32,000 nt of DNA from Candidatus Heimdallarchaeota archaeon (GCA_030668875.1 DAOVER010000013.1:40934-72933), one strand, 5' to 3'; counted from the stretch's first letter, positions 1 through 8,990 are shown. The notes: a model not told the origin generated them from the letters alone. Numbers and translations are program-made.

Positions 1-1319
1 TTATGTTGAGGAATGAACATGCTGAAATTCCCTTTTTTGTTTTCATCAACCATGGAATACTCTGGTGAAATCGGTGTTTCTGTTATGTTATCTATTGATA
101 TAAAAGCATCAACTGTATAGTGATCAGACCCTATATCATCAAATTCTGTGTTACTTTTTATTGTAGAATTAATGAAAGCATTTGTAAAATATTGGTTGAC
201 AAAAATATAATCAATCCTAGTGGTGAGAGAAGGTATATGTAATGAGAATCCAGGATCTGCTGGATTTAAAGTTCTGAAAACATCGGTGAAATTGTGATAC
301 TCTGACGAATAATTACCATAAACTGGGTCATCAGGGTAAAGAAGCATAGATACTGGACCTGTACCAAATTCATCGTGTTTATCACCTTCAAGTGCACCAA
401 TATCATCCGGTGAATTACAATTTAAATCTCCGATATAGATTAAGGGAGCATCTCCAATGTTTTCATCCATATAATTAATGATTGCTTCTTGTTCACCATT
501 ACGTTTTTTTATTGCATCTGGGAATTGACCAGCTTTTAGGTGAATTGCAATAATGTGCACTTCATTACCTTCTATGTCAACAACAACATGGAGTAGGGCA
601 TGAGTTAAATCTACAACTGTATCATTGTCCGCATGGAGAATTTCAGCTTGATAAACATCCAAGATAGGATAGCGGCTTAGAATAGCCTCTCCTTGAGTAT
701 TCCATTTTATTCCTTGTGTAGTATATCCAACATATGGTGCTTCATCGTAGAAATAACCGTTGAATTCCTTTACATATTTGTTCAACTGAAAATTGTCACT
801 ATTATCCCAATCACCTGTTTCCACAAATACAGCGATATCTGGGTTCTCAGCTTTAACAACATCTTTCCATTCAGGATTTGCACCACTTTCAAAGACATTG
901 TAATTGAGTATTTTGAACATATCTGTTGGAGCTGAATCAAGAAAATTATCGACAGTAACTACAACAGAATCCTCTGCAATATTCCCTGCTCCATCTGTAA
1001 CTTTCACATATAATGTGTGATAACCATCATCATACTCTGTTGTATCCCAAGCATAGCTAACATCATTTGAAACAAGAGTATCATCCAAATACAGTTCAAT
1101 AGTTTTAATCTTAGCTGTATATCCTCCAGTATCTGCCATTAAATATTCAACATTGTGTGTTCCGGAAACAATATCTAGACTTAGAGGAGAGCTAAATTCA
1201 ACGGTTGGAGGTGTTTGATCAATTCCAAAATAAATTAATACTACTGTTGAGGAAATAAGAACTACTCCAATTATCCCGTAAAAAATTACTTTGTTTGCAG
1301 TTGTTTGTAGAAATTTCAT
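1..1319 (-). CDS. Membrane-anchored Ig-like (Big) domain + endonuclease/exonuclease/phosphatase (EEP) family protein; 3' end runs off the window
   Basis: Manual translation from ATG at 1319 is open to position 1, so it is missing from the ORF track. It reads MKFLQTTANKVIFYGIIGVVLISSTVVLIYFG (TM anchor), then an Ig-like segment (DQTPPTVEFSSP...AWDTTEYDDGYHTLYVKVTDGAGN...VTVDN), then EEP motifs ILNYNV, FVETG, ILSRYPI, IHLKAG, YIGDLN, RIDYIFV and GSDH (GSDH at 131..120). Confidence 0.9.
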   Translation of the reverse strand, partial: MKFLQTTANKVIFYGIIGVVLISSTVVLIYFGIDQTPPTVEFSSPLSLDIVSGTHNVEYLMADTGGYTAKIKTIELYLDDTLVSNDVSYAWDTTEYDDGYHTLYVKVTDGAGNIAEDSVVVTVDNFLDSAPTDMFKILNYNVFESGANPEWKDVVKAENPDIAVFVETGDWDNSDNFQLNKYVKEFNGYFYDEAPYVGYTTQGIKWNTQGEAILSRYPILDVYQAEILHADNDTVVDLTHALLHVVVDIEGNEVHIIAIHLKAGQFPDAIKKRNGEQEAIINYMDENIGDAPLIYIGDLNCNSPDDIGALEGDKHDEFGTGPVSMLLYPDDPVYGNYSSEYHNFTDVFRTLNPADPGFSLHIPSLTTRIDYIFVNQYFTNAFINSTIKSNTEFDDIGSDHYTVDAFISIDNITETPISPEYSMVDENKKGNFSMFIPQH

Positions 1320-1414
1320 TATTATAATATCTCACAATCACTTTTTAAGAACTAGTATAGATATATTTTATGTAATTATTTGAATGGGGTTATGACTTGA
1401 AATTTCATTGCTGA

Positions 1415-2851
1415 CTAATTTGCCACTTTTTGTTTTTCTATTTCCTTGGTATCTCCACCTAGCAAGAAGAAGTTTACCACAATCATAAATATAGCAACTA
1501 GAACAAATAAAATAGGTATGGAGTAATCAGAATCCAATCCAAATAACGGACCTGAAAAATCTGCAATAAATCCAAACAACGGAGCAAATATGAAAACTAA
1601 TATAGATTTAATCTGGGATTCTGCACTAAGAATAGTGGCTCTTTGCTCCTTCTTCATTATACCTGCAAGATAATCAACACAAAGCGGTCTTCTTATGTTT
1701 TGAAAAATGTATATGAAAAGATAAAGAAAAATAACAACAATGGGTAGCCGAACGGATATGAAAACTGCGTTCAGAATTAGAACTCCTGCAAATAAATAAA
1801 ATAATATGTCCATAGAATTTTTTGCGTTCTTTAACCAGTTTCTAACCAAGTAAGCATATCTTGAAGAAATGGAAGACAGTAGATAAAAAAGTGAATACAT
1901 ACACCCCAGAATAATTATGATTAGGTTATTTGATGTGAAAATGGATGAAGAAGACAGTAAAGTGAAATTCGCTATGATGATTGGAATGAGGTTATCTGGG
2001 GTGAAAATGGAAGAAGAAGATGCTAGGCCTATATTTGCTATGATGACTAGAATGTAGATCTTGATGATAGGTTGTATATAGTCTTTAAGACTTTTATATA
2101 TTGCATCATAGGTGGCTGATGAAAATGCACCCTTCCTTAATCTTATCTTTTTAAATGCAACAAATATGTCCCTAAACCCTTTACCCATTTCTTTCCAAAA
2201 TGATGTCTCTCTTGGTTGATGCTCATTCATATATTTAGGGTAGGTCGCAATTAGAATGAAATCACAAACATAAGGGATAATAGCAACTATAAACACCCAT
2301 TGTGCATTTGGGAGAAAAAGGACGAGAAAAATAGATGCTATTCCATTAACTGTCGATCCTATCAGTGACCATGACCGAGTTCTTCCATAAACATATGTTT
2401 TATGCTCATTGTAGTTGTTTTTGTCCACCCAAGTTAAGATCATAGCTTTATGGGTTCCTGAACGAAAAGATTCTCCTAAACCATAGAATGCAGCTGCAAT
2501 AAATAAAACAAAAAAGTAATCAAAAGATAGACTAAATCCAATGAAGTACAATATGAATGATGCAACGTAGAAAAGAAAACACAATAGCAGTTCATTCTTT
2601 CTTCCAAACTTATCTGCAAGAATTCCTGAAGGGATCTCAAAAAGATATGTAAATACCTCTTGGACAAGGAAAAGAGTTCCAATAGTAAGCAATGGAAAGT
2701 CAGAATCTCCTAGATATACAAGGAGCATGACAATAAGATAGGGTTCAAAGAATCTCAGATTTTTAAAGAAACCATAAAATCGAAACTTCCACATCAGTGG
2801 ATCAGCAAGTATTTTCTTCTGAATTTCTTTATTCTGAGATGGATCCGTCAT
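1415..2851 (-). CDS. MFS transporter
   Basis: About 12 hydrophobic segments, MFS motif A (GILADKFGRK) and N-terminal FYGFFKNLRFFEP. ATG at 2851 is preferred over the track's TTG at 2881. Confidence 0.88.
   Translation of the reverse strand: MTDPSQNKEIQKKILADPLMWKFRFYGFFKNLRFFEPYLIVMLLVYLGDSDFPLLTIGTLFLVQEVFTYLFEIPSGILADKFGRKNELLLCFLFYVASFILYFIGFSLSFDYFFVLFIAAAFYGLGESFRSGTHKAMILTWVDKNNYNEHKTYVYGRTRSWSLIGSTVNGIASIFLVLFLPNAQWVFIVAIIPYVCDFILIATYPKYMNEHQPRETSFWKEMGKGFRDIFVAFKKIRLRKGAFSSATYDAIYKSLKDYIQPIIKIYILVIIANIGLASSSSIFTPDNLIPIIIANFTLLSSSSIFTSNNLIIIILGCMYSLFYLLSSISSRYAYLVRNWLKNAKNSMDILFYLFAGVLILNAVFISVRLPIVVIFLYLFIYIFQNIRRPLCVDYLAGIMKKEQRATILSAESQIKSILVFIFAPLFGFIADFSGPLFGLDSDYSIPILFVLVAIFMIVVNFFLLGGDTKEIEKQKVAN
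1923..2046. repeat. Imperfect in-frame tandem duplication (period 66 nt / 22 aa) inside the MFS gene
   Basis: 1923-1980 aggttatttgatgtgaaaatggatgaagaagacagtaaagtgaaattcgctatgatga aligns with 1989-2046 aggttatctggggtgaaaatggaagaagaagatgctaggcctatatttgctatgatga. Protein copies are IIANIGLASSSSIFTPDNL and IIANFTLLSSSSIFTSNNL. Confidence 0.9.
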
Positions 2852-2894
2852 ATGAAAACTAATTCCATTTAATCTAACCAAATAAATATTTTAC

Positions 2895-3182
2895 TCATAA
2901 ATCTGAGTTATCGACAATTACATCTTTAGTGATGGGTTCAGTGACGTAAATATTCACTGCTTCAGAAAGAGTGTTCATCTCACCTTTATTGTATTTATCT
3001 ATTCTTAACTCTACACACTTGTTACATAAACCAGCGGGTATAATTATGTTTGAAACTAACTCTTTTTTCTCTCTACTTGAACATCTTCCACAAAGTGGCT
3101 GACCACAATTAGAACAACAATATTTAGCTCTAGATCCACATTTAGAGCACGTAGTTTCGAAAAGTAGAATTATCTTAACCAA
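2895..3182 (-). CDS. Small 8-9 Cys zinc-finger protein (FYVE/B-box-like spacing)
   Basis: CSKC-x6-CCSNC-GQPL-CGRC-S-x17-CNKC; TTG start with upstream GTGAT SD-like sequence; ends 13-43 nt before the MFS start. Confidence 0.75.
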   Translation of the reverse strand: MVKIILLFETTCSKCGSRAKYCCSNCGQPLCGRCSSREKKELVSNIIIPAGLCNKCVELRIDKYNKGEMNTLSEAVNIYVTEPITKDVIVDNSDL

Positions 3183-3257
3183 GAATTATCACTAATAATT
3201 TGTGAATCTTAAACTATTAAAACCACACAAAAATGTCAATTTTCTAATGGGTGTAGA

Positions 3258-3629
3258 TTATGTCAAACTTCTCTTTGTTGTAGAATCCAATAGCAAGTGA
3301 CTAAAATATCCCAAACAAAAGCCAAAAATGAGATAGACATAGAAAAGGTGGTCATAGAGCGGAATGATAACAAAAGCCATAACAAAAGATGCAATAAAAG
3401 TTATTGCAAAGATGAACCAGGAATGGAAGAACTTTCTATGATCTGGGTGGGTTGGTCGCTCAATAAGGTCAGGAAGAATTGATCCTATAAATATGCACAC
3501 AAGTGATGCTGCTAAAATCAGTGATAGTGTTAAATAATTTAGCTCTGACGAAAAGAAATAGTATGTTAAACCTACGAGAGGTAGTCCGATAATTTCACCA
3601 ACAGCTATGTGAGTTATTTTTCCCGACAA
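3258..3629 (-). CDS. Membrane-bound metal-dependent hydrolase (YdjM/DUF457-like)
   Basis: Motifs TH, GSILPDL, HRKFFHS and SHLLLD separated by TM helices; TTG start with AGGAG (3642-3638) 8 nt upstream. Confidence 0.85.
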   Translation of the reverse strand: MSGKITHIAVGEIIGLPLVGLTYYFFSSELNYLTLSLILAASLVCIFIGSILPDLIERPTHPDHRKFFHSWFIFAITFIASFVMAFVIIPLYDHLFYVYLIFGFCLGYFSHLLLDSTTKRSLT

Positions 3630-3661
3630 TAAGTTCGCTCCTACTAATATATGATAAGTTT

Positions 3662-3685
3662 TGTATTTAAACTAAAGTAAATACA
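3662..3685. promoter_or_regulatory. Inverted repeat overlapping the TATA box of the hydrolase gene (candidate operator)
   Basis: TGTATTTA-n8-TAAATACA with perfect 8-bp arms. The minus-strand TTTAAATA at 3671-3664 overlaps the left arm. Confidence 0.45.
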
Positions 3686-3733
3686 GCGTCTTACATTTAA
3701 CAAAAGAATAACAAGAAACTGAATATGCGCTTT

Positions 3734-3886
3734 CTAAGATTCACCATTCAGAGCACTTTCACTCATTTTAAAAATTCTTGGCGACATTCCAAGCACGAGC
3801 GTATAGAAAAGCAAATTACATACTTTACAGTATTGTTTATTTTCTCCTATTTTGACTAAAAATTTACCGCATCTTTGGCATTTCAT
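3734..3886 (-). CDS. 50-aa Zn-ribbon microprotein (below the ORF-track cutoff)
   Basis: Manual translation gives MKCQRCGKFLVKIGENKQYCKVCNLLFYTLVLGMSPRIFKMSESALNGES*, i.e. CxxC-x13-CxxC. AGGTG SD lies 5 nt before the ATG. Confidence 0.7.
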   Translation of the reverse strand: MKCQRCGKFLVKIGENKQYCKVCNLLFYTLVLGMSPRIFKMSESALNGES

Positions 3887-4058
3887 TTTAACACCTGGAG
3901 ATTGTATCTAAACAGTTTCAGTTGGTATGGTATTTTAGGGTGTAATAAGATTTGTTGTGAACTTCCAATTTGGCGTAAAATATTTTTTTGTTCAATTTTA
4001 ATTTCAGAGTTTTCAGTATTTAAATTATAAGGCATTCTTCTTTACAGTATTATTTTGG

Positions 4059-4066
4059 TTTTTATA
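4059..4066 (+). promoter_or_regulatory. Candidate TATA box of the AAA+/vWA operon (leaderless-type spacing)
   Basis: TTTTTATA ends 20 nt upstream of ATG 4086. Confidence 0.45.
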
Positions 4067-4085
4067 GGTTAATCTCAGTTGATTT

Positions 4086-5219
4086 ATGAGTCAGATGGCA
4101 AAGGAAAAAATCATACGTGAACCAACAGAAATTCGAAATAGAGATGAAATTGAAGCATTAAAGCAAAATGATACTTATGATAAGCCTGAAAATTGGTTTC
4201 TCAGCCCTAGAATGGTTGAAACCTTTATTTTGGGATCCGATGAAGTACTAGAATATGAAGTAAAAGATAAGAAAAAGAAAATAAAGATAACAAGAAAATT
4301 TTACGGAGATAACGTTCTAGTACAACGAAGTATTATTACACTAGCTTCAGACAGAGGTTTGCTACTAATTGGTGAGCCTGGAACAGCTAAGAGCTGGTTA
4401 TCTGAACATCTAGCTGCAGGAATTTCGCATACTTCATTAAATGGAATTCAAGGAACTGCTGGAGTAACTGAAGATCAGATAAAATACTCATGGAATTATG
4501 CTATGTTACTGGCAGAAGGACCTTCATTGAACGCTTTAGTACCTAGCCCTGTTTATGTAGGGATGAAGGATGGGTTAATAACTAGATTTGAAGAAGTAAC
4601 AAGATGTCCTAGAGAGATCCAAGATACTTTGATTAGCATTCTTTCAGATAAGGTTCTCATTGTTCCCGAATTAGGTGAAAAAGGTGTCTTATTAGCAAGA
4701 AAGGGATTCAACATTATAGGAACCGCTAACACGAGAGATAAGGGAGTAAATGAGATGAGTTCAGCTCTTAAAAGACGTTTTAATTTTGAAACTGTACACC
4801 CAATAAAGAGCGTGAAAGAAGAGATTGAAGTTGTTCAAAATCAAACCGAGGGTATGCTTGAAAGTGATAATGTGAAGGTTGAATTCAAACATGACATTTA
4901 CGAATTGCTAGTGAAAACTTTTCACGAGCTTAGAAAAGGAGAAACGACAGATGGAGTGAAGGTTAACATACCTTCAACAGTTATGTCTACAGCTGAAGCA
5001 GTCTCTGTTGCGTATAATTCTGGTCTTTATGCACGATATTATGATGATGGGATTGTTAAACCAAAGCATTTAGCTATCAACATCAAAGGGGCTGTAATCA
5101 AAGATAACAATGAAGATATCCAGAAGCTGAATCAATATTGGGATCTTATTGTAAAACGAAGAGGATCTAATAACAAAGATTGGTCCAGTTACTATGACTC
5201 AAAGAAATACCTCATGTGA
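4086..5219 (+). CDS. yehL: MoxR-type AAA+ ATPase, YehL subfamily
   Basis: Walker A GEPGTAKS (4371-4394), Walker B variant RFEEVTRC, sensor TANTRDKGVNEMSSALKRRFNF, and the YehL-type N-terminus EIEALKQND...KPENWFLSPRMVETFILGS. Confidence 0.92.
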   Translation: MSQMAKEKIIREPTEIRNRDEIEALKQNDTYDKPENWFLSPRMVETFILGSDEVLEYEVKDKKKKIKITRKFYGDNVLVQRSIITLASDRGLLLIGEPGTAKSWLSEHLAAGISHTSLNGIQGTAGVTEDQIKYSWNYAMLLAEGPSLNALVPSPVYVGMKDGLITRFEEVTRCPREIQDTLISILSDKVLIVPELGEKGVLLARKGFNIIGTANTRDKGVNEMSSALKRRFNFETVHPIKSVKEEIEVVQNQTEGMLESDNVKVEFKHDIYELLVKTFHELRKGETTDGVKVNIPSTVMSTAEAVSVAYNSGLYARYYDDGIVKPKHLAINIKGAVIKDNNEDIQKLNQYWDLIVKRRGSNNKDWSSYYDSKKYLM

Positions 5220-5223
5220 TAAT

Positions 5224-7620
5224 ATGAGTGACCTTGACTCAAAGGAAACAATGGAAGGTATACAAAAAAAGATCCGAAAAATCGAAGACCAAACCATTGT
5301 TTACTTCCCTATTAAACATCATTCAATTGCATGTTCTCATTATCTAGAAAAGGCTATAGATTTCTATAAACCTGAAAAAATATTGATAGAACTTCCATTT
5401 GGAGCTGAAGTAAATTTACCTATTCTACAATCAGATCTAACAATACCACCTATTGCTTTACATTCATTTTACGTGGATAACCTAAATATCTTCGAATTAA
5501 ATGGAAAACTATCTCCTGATGAGAGCATCCCAGTAAGATTTGAAGGATACCATCCTATTGTAGCTTATTCACCTGAGTATCATGCTATACAACTAGCTAA
5601 AGAAAAGGAAATTGAGGTGGAATTTATTGATCTGCCTTTGTATAATATTATTCCTTATAGATTTAAGCAATCCTCTATATCTTTGTTCTATCCCGATGAA
5701 AGATATTATGAATTTAATGCATATGGAGCTCTCTTAGCAAAGAAATTACGGTGTAGGAATTTCCATGAGGTTTGGGAAACAATGTTCGAAACAAACCTTG
5801 ATATGAACTTTCAAGAATTCATGAGGAAACTTTATATATTCAGCTTAGTTGCGAGAAGTTCCCTTTCAGAAGAATTTCTAGAACAGGAGGGAGCTAATAT
5901 TCGTGAAGAATTTATGAAGTACAGAATAAAGAAAAGTTACCAAGATATACAAGAAAAAGATCGCAAAGGTAGTTTGTTAGTTGTAACTGGTGCCTTTCAT
6001 TCTGTTGTTTTGCCCTTTCTAAAAGGAAAAACTCAGAAAATAAGAAAAAAAGAGAACGTAATAATAACCGTTCCATACACCTATAATCAATTAGCTCTTT
6101 CAAGTGGATATCAATCAGGAAATCCAGCACCCAGATATTATGATAAATTATGGTCCAATTTACGAAATCCAGACATCAAGGATATTAAAATTGCAACATT
6201 AAATTTAGCTCTTGAAGTGAAAAATCAATCAAGAGAATATGGATCATTTGTTAGTGTTGCTGATAGTGTTCATGTTTTTAGAATGGCTCAAAACCTAGGC
6301 AGTTTCAGAGGAAAAGAAACCACTGGTTACTATGACTTAGTGGATGCTGTTAAATCAGTTTTTATCAAAGGTGATGAGAAAATATACGGACCCTCGATAT
6401 ATCGTGCTCTGGATGAAATACTCATAGGAGATGAGTACGGGACAATAGATCCTAATTTATCAACTACGCCTCTACTAGCTGATTTCCAATACAGAGCAAA
6501 GAAATTACGAATTAAGTTAGCTGCTGCAACTAAGTTGATGAGATTGAATTTGTACCAAACAAGTACTGCAAAACTAAAGTCACAATTCCTTCATCAGACA
6601 GTTTTTCTAAATTTAGGCTTTGGAGAAATGATAAAGGGACCAAATTTGATAAAGAAAGAGAATTTACACCTACTTGCGGAACAGTGGAATATTGCTTATA
6701 ATCGTGGTGTTGAAATTAAATTAATCAGTTCGATAAGTTTAGGTAATACTGTTAGAAACGCTTGTTTAACACTCCTTAGAGAAAAATTTGCTTCTACTGG
6801 AGAATCTGGCGTGGCAAGTGAACTTTTGTTAGTAGCTGCACAAATGGGTTTAGTTGAAGTGCTTGATGATTTAGGGAAACAGCTGATTGATATTATAGAT
6901 AAAGATCGTGATTTCAAAAGTCTCGTTCAAGCTCTCTACCAATTAGTTGCACTTTACAATTATCAAGAATCCTTGTTAACTGAAGGATTTAAACCTCTCC
7001 TAAGACTAATAGAACAAGCATATATCCGAGCAACTTTTCTAGTACCTTCAATTCTTCTGATTCAGGAAGATGAAGAGGAAACTGTAATTGAAAAAATCAA
7101 AGCCTTAACAAACTTTATTCTATCTTTTGATGATATTGAAGTTGATAAGAATCTCTTCATAGGGCAGATTAAGACAACTCTTACAAACGGAAAAGGAAAC
7201 CATGCAGTGAAAGGTGCATTAACCGGTGTTTTATATTCCTTACACGAAAAGAAAGTTGATGAATTGACACGGGAAATCAATGGTTATTTCGTAGGTGGAG
7301 CTTCTCTAGATGGAGGTAGTTTTGTTTATGGGTTGTTTATGATTTGTAGAGAAATATTACTACTGAAAGAAGATTTCTTTGATCGAATAGATAATTTAGT
7401 ATGTCAATTTTCTAATGAAGATTTTCTAACAATTTTACCATTATTTAGACGATCATTTTCTCTTTTTACACCAAAGGAAATTGATATTATCGGTTCCAAT
7501 GTTGCGCAGAAAAGAGAAATAGAAAAAATGGAAAAGATAGAGATAAGTGGAAATCTAGCTGAACTTCTGCATTTTGCTGACCAGTTAGCAGGAAGTAAAT
7601 TCGAGGAGATGGGCTTATGA
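5224..7620 (+). CDS. DUF5682 family (YehM-like) protein; N-terminal TIKI/TraB-like motif set followed by a long helical region
   Basis: PIKHHS, KILIELP, AYSPEYHA, IREEFM, VVTGAFHS and PYTYNQL..SSGYQSGNPAP. It lies between the YehL ATPase and the vWA gene. ATG 5224 is preferred to 5194, which overlaps yehL by 26 nt. Confidence 0.88.
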   Translation: MSDLDSKETMEGIQKKIRKIEDQTIVYFPIKHHSIACSHYLEKAIDFYKPEKILIELPFGAEVNLPILQSDLTIPPIALHSFYVDNLNIFELNGKLSPDESIPVRFEGYHPIVAYSPEYHAIQLAKEKEIEVEFIDLPLYNIIPYRFKQSSISLFYPDERYYEFNAYGALLAKKLRCRNFHEVWETMFETNLDMNFQEFMRKLYIFSLVARSSLSEEFLEQEGANIREEFMKYRIKKSYQDIQEKDRKGSLLVVTGAFHSVVLPFLKGKTQKIRKKENVIITVPYTYNQLALSSGYQSGNPAPRYYDKLWSNLRNPDIKDIKIATLNLALEVKNQSREYGSFVSVADSVHVFRMAQNLGSFRGKETTGYYDLVDAVKSVFIKGDEKIYGPSIYRALDEILIGDEYGTIDPNLSTTPLLADFQYRAKKLRIKLAAATKLMRLNLYQTSTAKLKSQFLHQTVFLNLGFGEMIKGPNLIKKENLHLLAEQWNIAYNRGVEIKLISSISLGNTVRNACLTLLREKFASTGESGVASELLLVAAQMGLVEVLDDLGKQLIDIIDKDRDFKSLVQALYQLVALYNYQESLLTEGFKPLLRLIEQAYIRATFLVPSILLIQEDEEETVIEKIKALTNFILSFDDIEVDKNLFIGQIKTTLTNGKGNHAVKGALTGVLYSLHEKKVDELTREINGYFVGGASLDGGSFVYGLFMICREILLLKEDFFDRIDNLVCQFSNEDFLTILPLFRRSFSLFTPKEIDIIGSNVAQKREIEKMEKIEISGNLAELLHFADQLAGSKFEEMGL

Positions 7621-8990
7621 AGAAAAGTGATGAGATTTTAGAACTATTAAATGATGATGTTAACAGATGGAGACTAATTTTAGGTAAATATAGCTATAAA
7701 CAACTTGAATTTCAAGAAGATAGACAAGATCCACTTTTTGGAAAACCTGACTTATTAACAAATCAAAAACGACAACAACAAGCTCCTGGTCAAGGTGATG
7801 GTCAACGTAAACAACAAATGAAATCTGGATCAAGTCAAGCTCCTGGTCAAGGAACAAAATCTAAAATCCCCCAATCAAGGCAAAGGCAAAAAACTTCTGG
7901 AAGATCACAGAGAGGAGGAACTGGGGGACAAGGTATGCCAGGAATTAACTCCTTACAACAGATGGATGAAACGTTATCATTCTTGTATCAACGCGAATAT
8001 GAAATGAGAGACGAGCCAGACACAGGACCTAAATCAGCTGGAAAAAGCTCAGGAGGTATTTCTATACCTCGTTGGATAAACAATGTAAAGGAACTATTTC
8101 CAGATGACGCAGTCAAAATACTGCAAAATGATGCTTTACATCGGTATAAACTCTCCCAACTTGTGATTGATGGAGATATGATCGATGAAATAGAACATGA
8201 TTTTGACTTACTAAAAGCAATTTTAGAATTCAAGAATCTAATGAAACCAGATGTTCTGGAAAAAGCTAAAAAAATAATTCGTAAAATTGCCCAACAGCTA
8301 GCAGATAAAATATTTTTGGAAGTTCAACCTGCTCTACTTGGAAAAATTCACAAAAATGAACATTCTCCACACAAGAGATTTAATTCAACTGATTGGAAGA
8401 GAACAATCGAGCATAATCTCAAGAATTACGATAAAGACATGAAAAAGTTGATCGTTGAACGAATTTTCTTCTGGGAAAGAAGAAATAAGATGAGATATCA
8501 TATAGTTCTTGTAATTGATCAGTCAGGGAGTATGACAAGTTCGGTGATATATTCTGCAGTTATGGCTGGAATATTCAACTCTCTTCCAAATGTAGATGTG
8601 TCCCTTGTAGTGTTTGATACTCGTGTTGTGGATTTATCAAATCAAGTAGGAGACATTGTTGAATTATTGTTAAAAGTACAACTAGGTGGTGGTACAGATA
8701 TAGCTTCAGCTGTTGAGTTTTCAGCTAAAAAAGTTGAAACTCCAGAGAGAACTTTATTCATATTACTTACTGATTTTTATGAAGGTGGAAACCGCCACAA
8801 ATTGATTGCGACAATTAAAGAATTACAAGCTTCTGGAACAAAAATGATCGGTTTAGCAGCTTTAGATTATGATTATGCTGCAAATTATGATCATGAATTA
8901 GCACGCAGAGTGGAAGAAGCTGGAATGAAAGTAGCTGTTCTTTCTCCAAAGGATTTAGCAGAATGGGTAGCTGAAAATATGGGGTCGTGA
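7617..8990 (+). CDS. vWA domain protein (YehP/CoxE-like partner of the MoxR ATPase)
   Basis: N-terminal RWRLILG; MIDAS DQSGS at 8517-8531, GGGTD and LLTDFYEG; ATGA overlap with the upstream stop. Confidence 0.92.
   Translation: MKKSDEILELLNDDVNRWRLILGKYSYKQLEFQEDRQDPLFGKPDLLTNQKRQQQAPGQGDGQRKQQMKSGSSQAPGQGTKSKIPQSRQRQKTSGRSQRGGTGGQGMPGINSLQQMDETLSFLYQREYEMRDEPDTGPKSAGKSSGGISIPRWINNVKELFPDDAVKILQNDALHRYKLSQLVIDGDMIDEIEHDFDLLKAILEFKNLMKPDVLEKAKKIIRKIAQQLADKIFLEVQPALLGKIHKNEHSPHKRFNSTDWKRTIEHNLKNYDKDMKKLIVERIFFWERRNKMRYHIVLVIDQSGSMTSSVIYSAVMAGIFNSLPNVDVSLVVFDTRVVDLSNQVGDIVELLLKVQLGGGTDIASAVEFSAKKVETPERTLFILLTDFYEGGNRHKLIATIKELQASGTKMIGLAALDYDYAANYDHELARRVEEAGMKVAVLSPKDLAEWVAENMGS
7779..7852 (+). 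repeat. 17-nt direct repeat (QAPGQG x2) in the low-complexity insert of the vWA gene
   Basis: caagctcctggtcaagg at 7779-7795 and at 7836-7852. Confidence 0.85.

Noticed and set aside
3883-4035. 50-codon minus-strand ORF (MPYNLNTENSEIK...) whose TGA overlaps the Zn-ribbon ATG
   Set aside because: No SD or recognisable motif, and it occupies the divergent promoter region. Open frames of this length are expected by chance in AT-rich DNA. It cannot be fully excluded.
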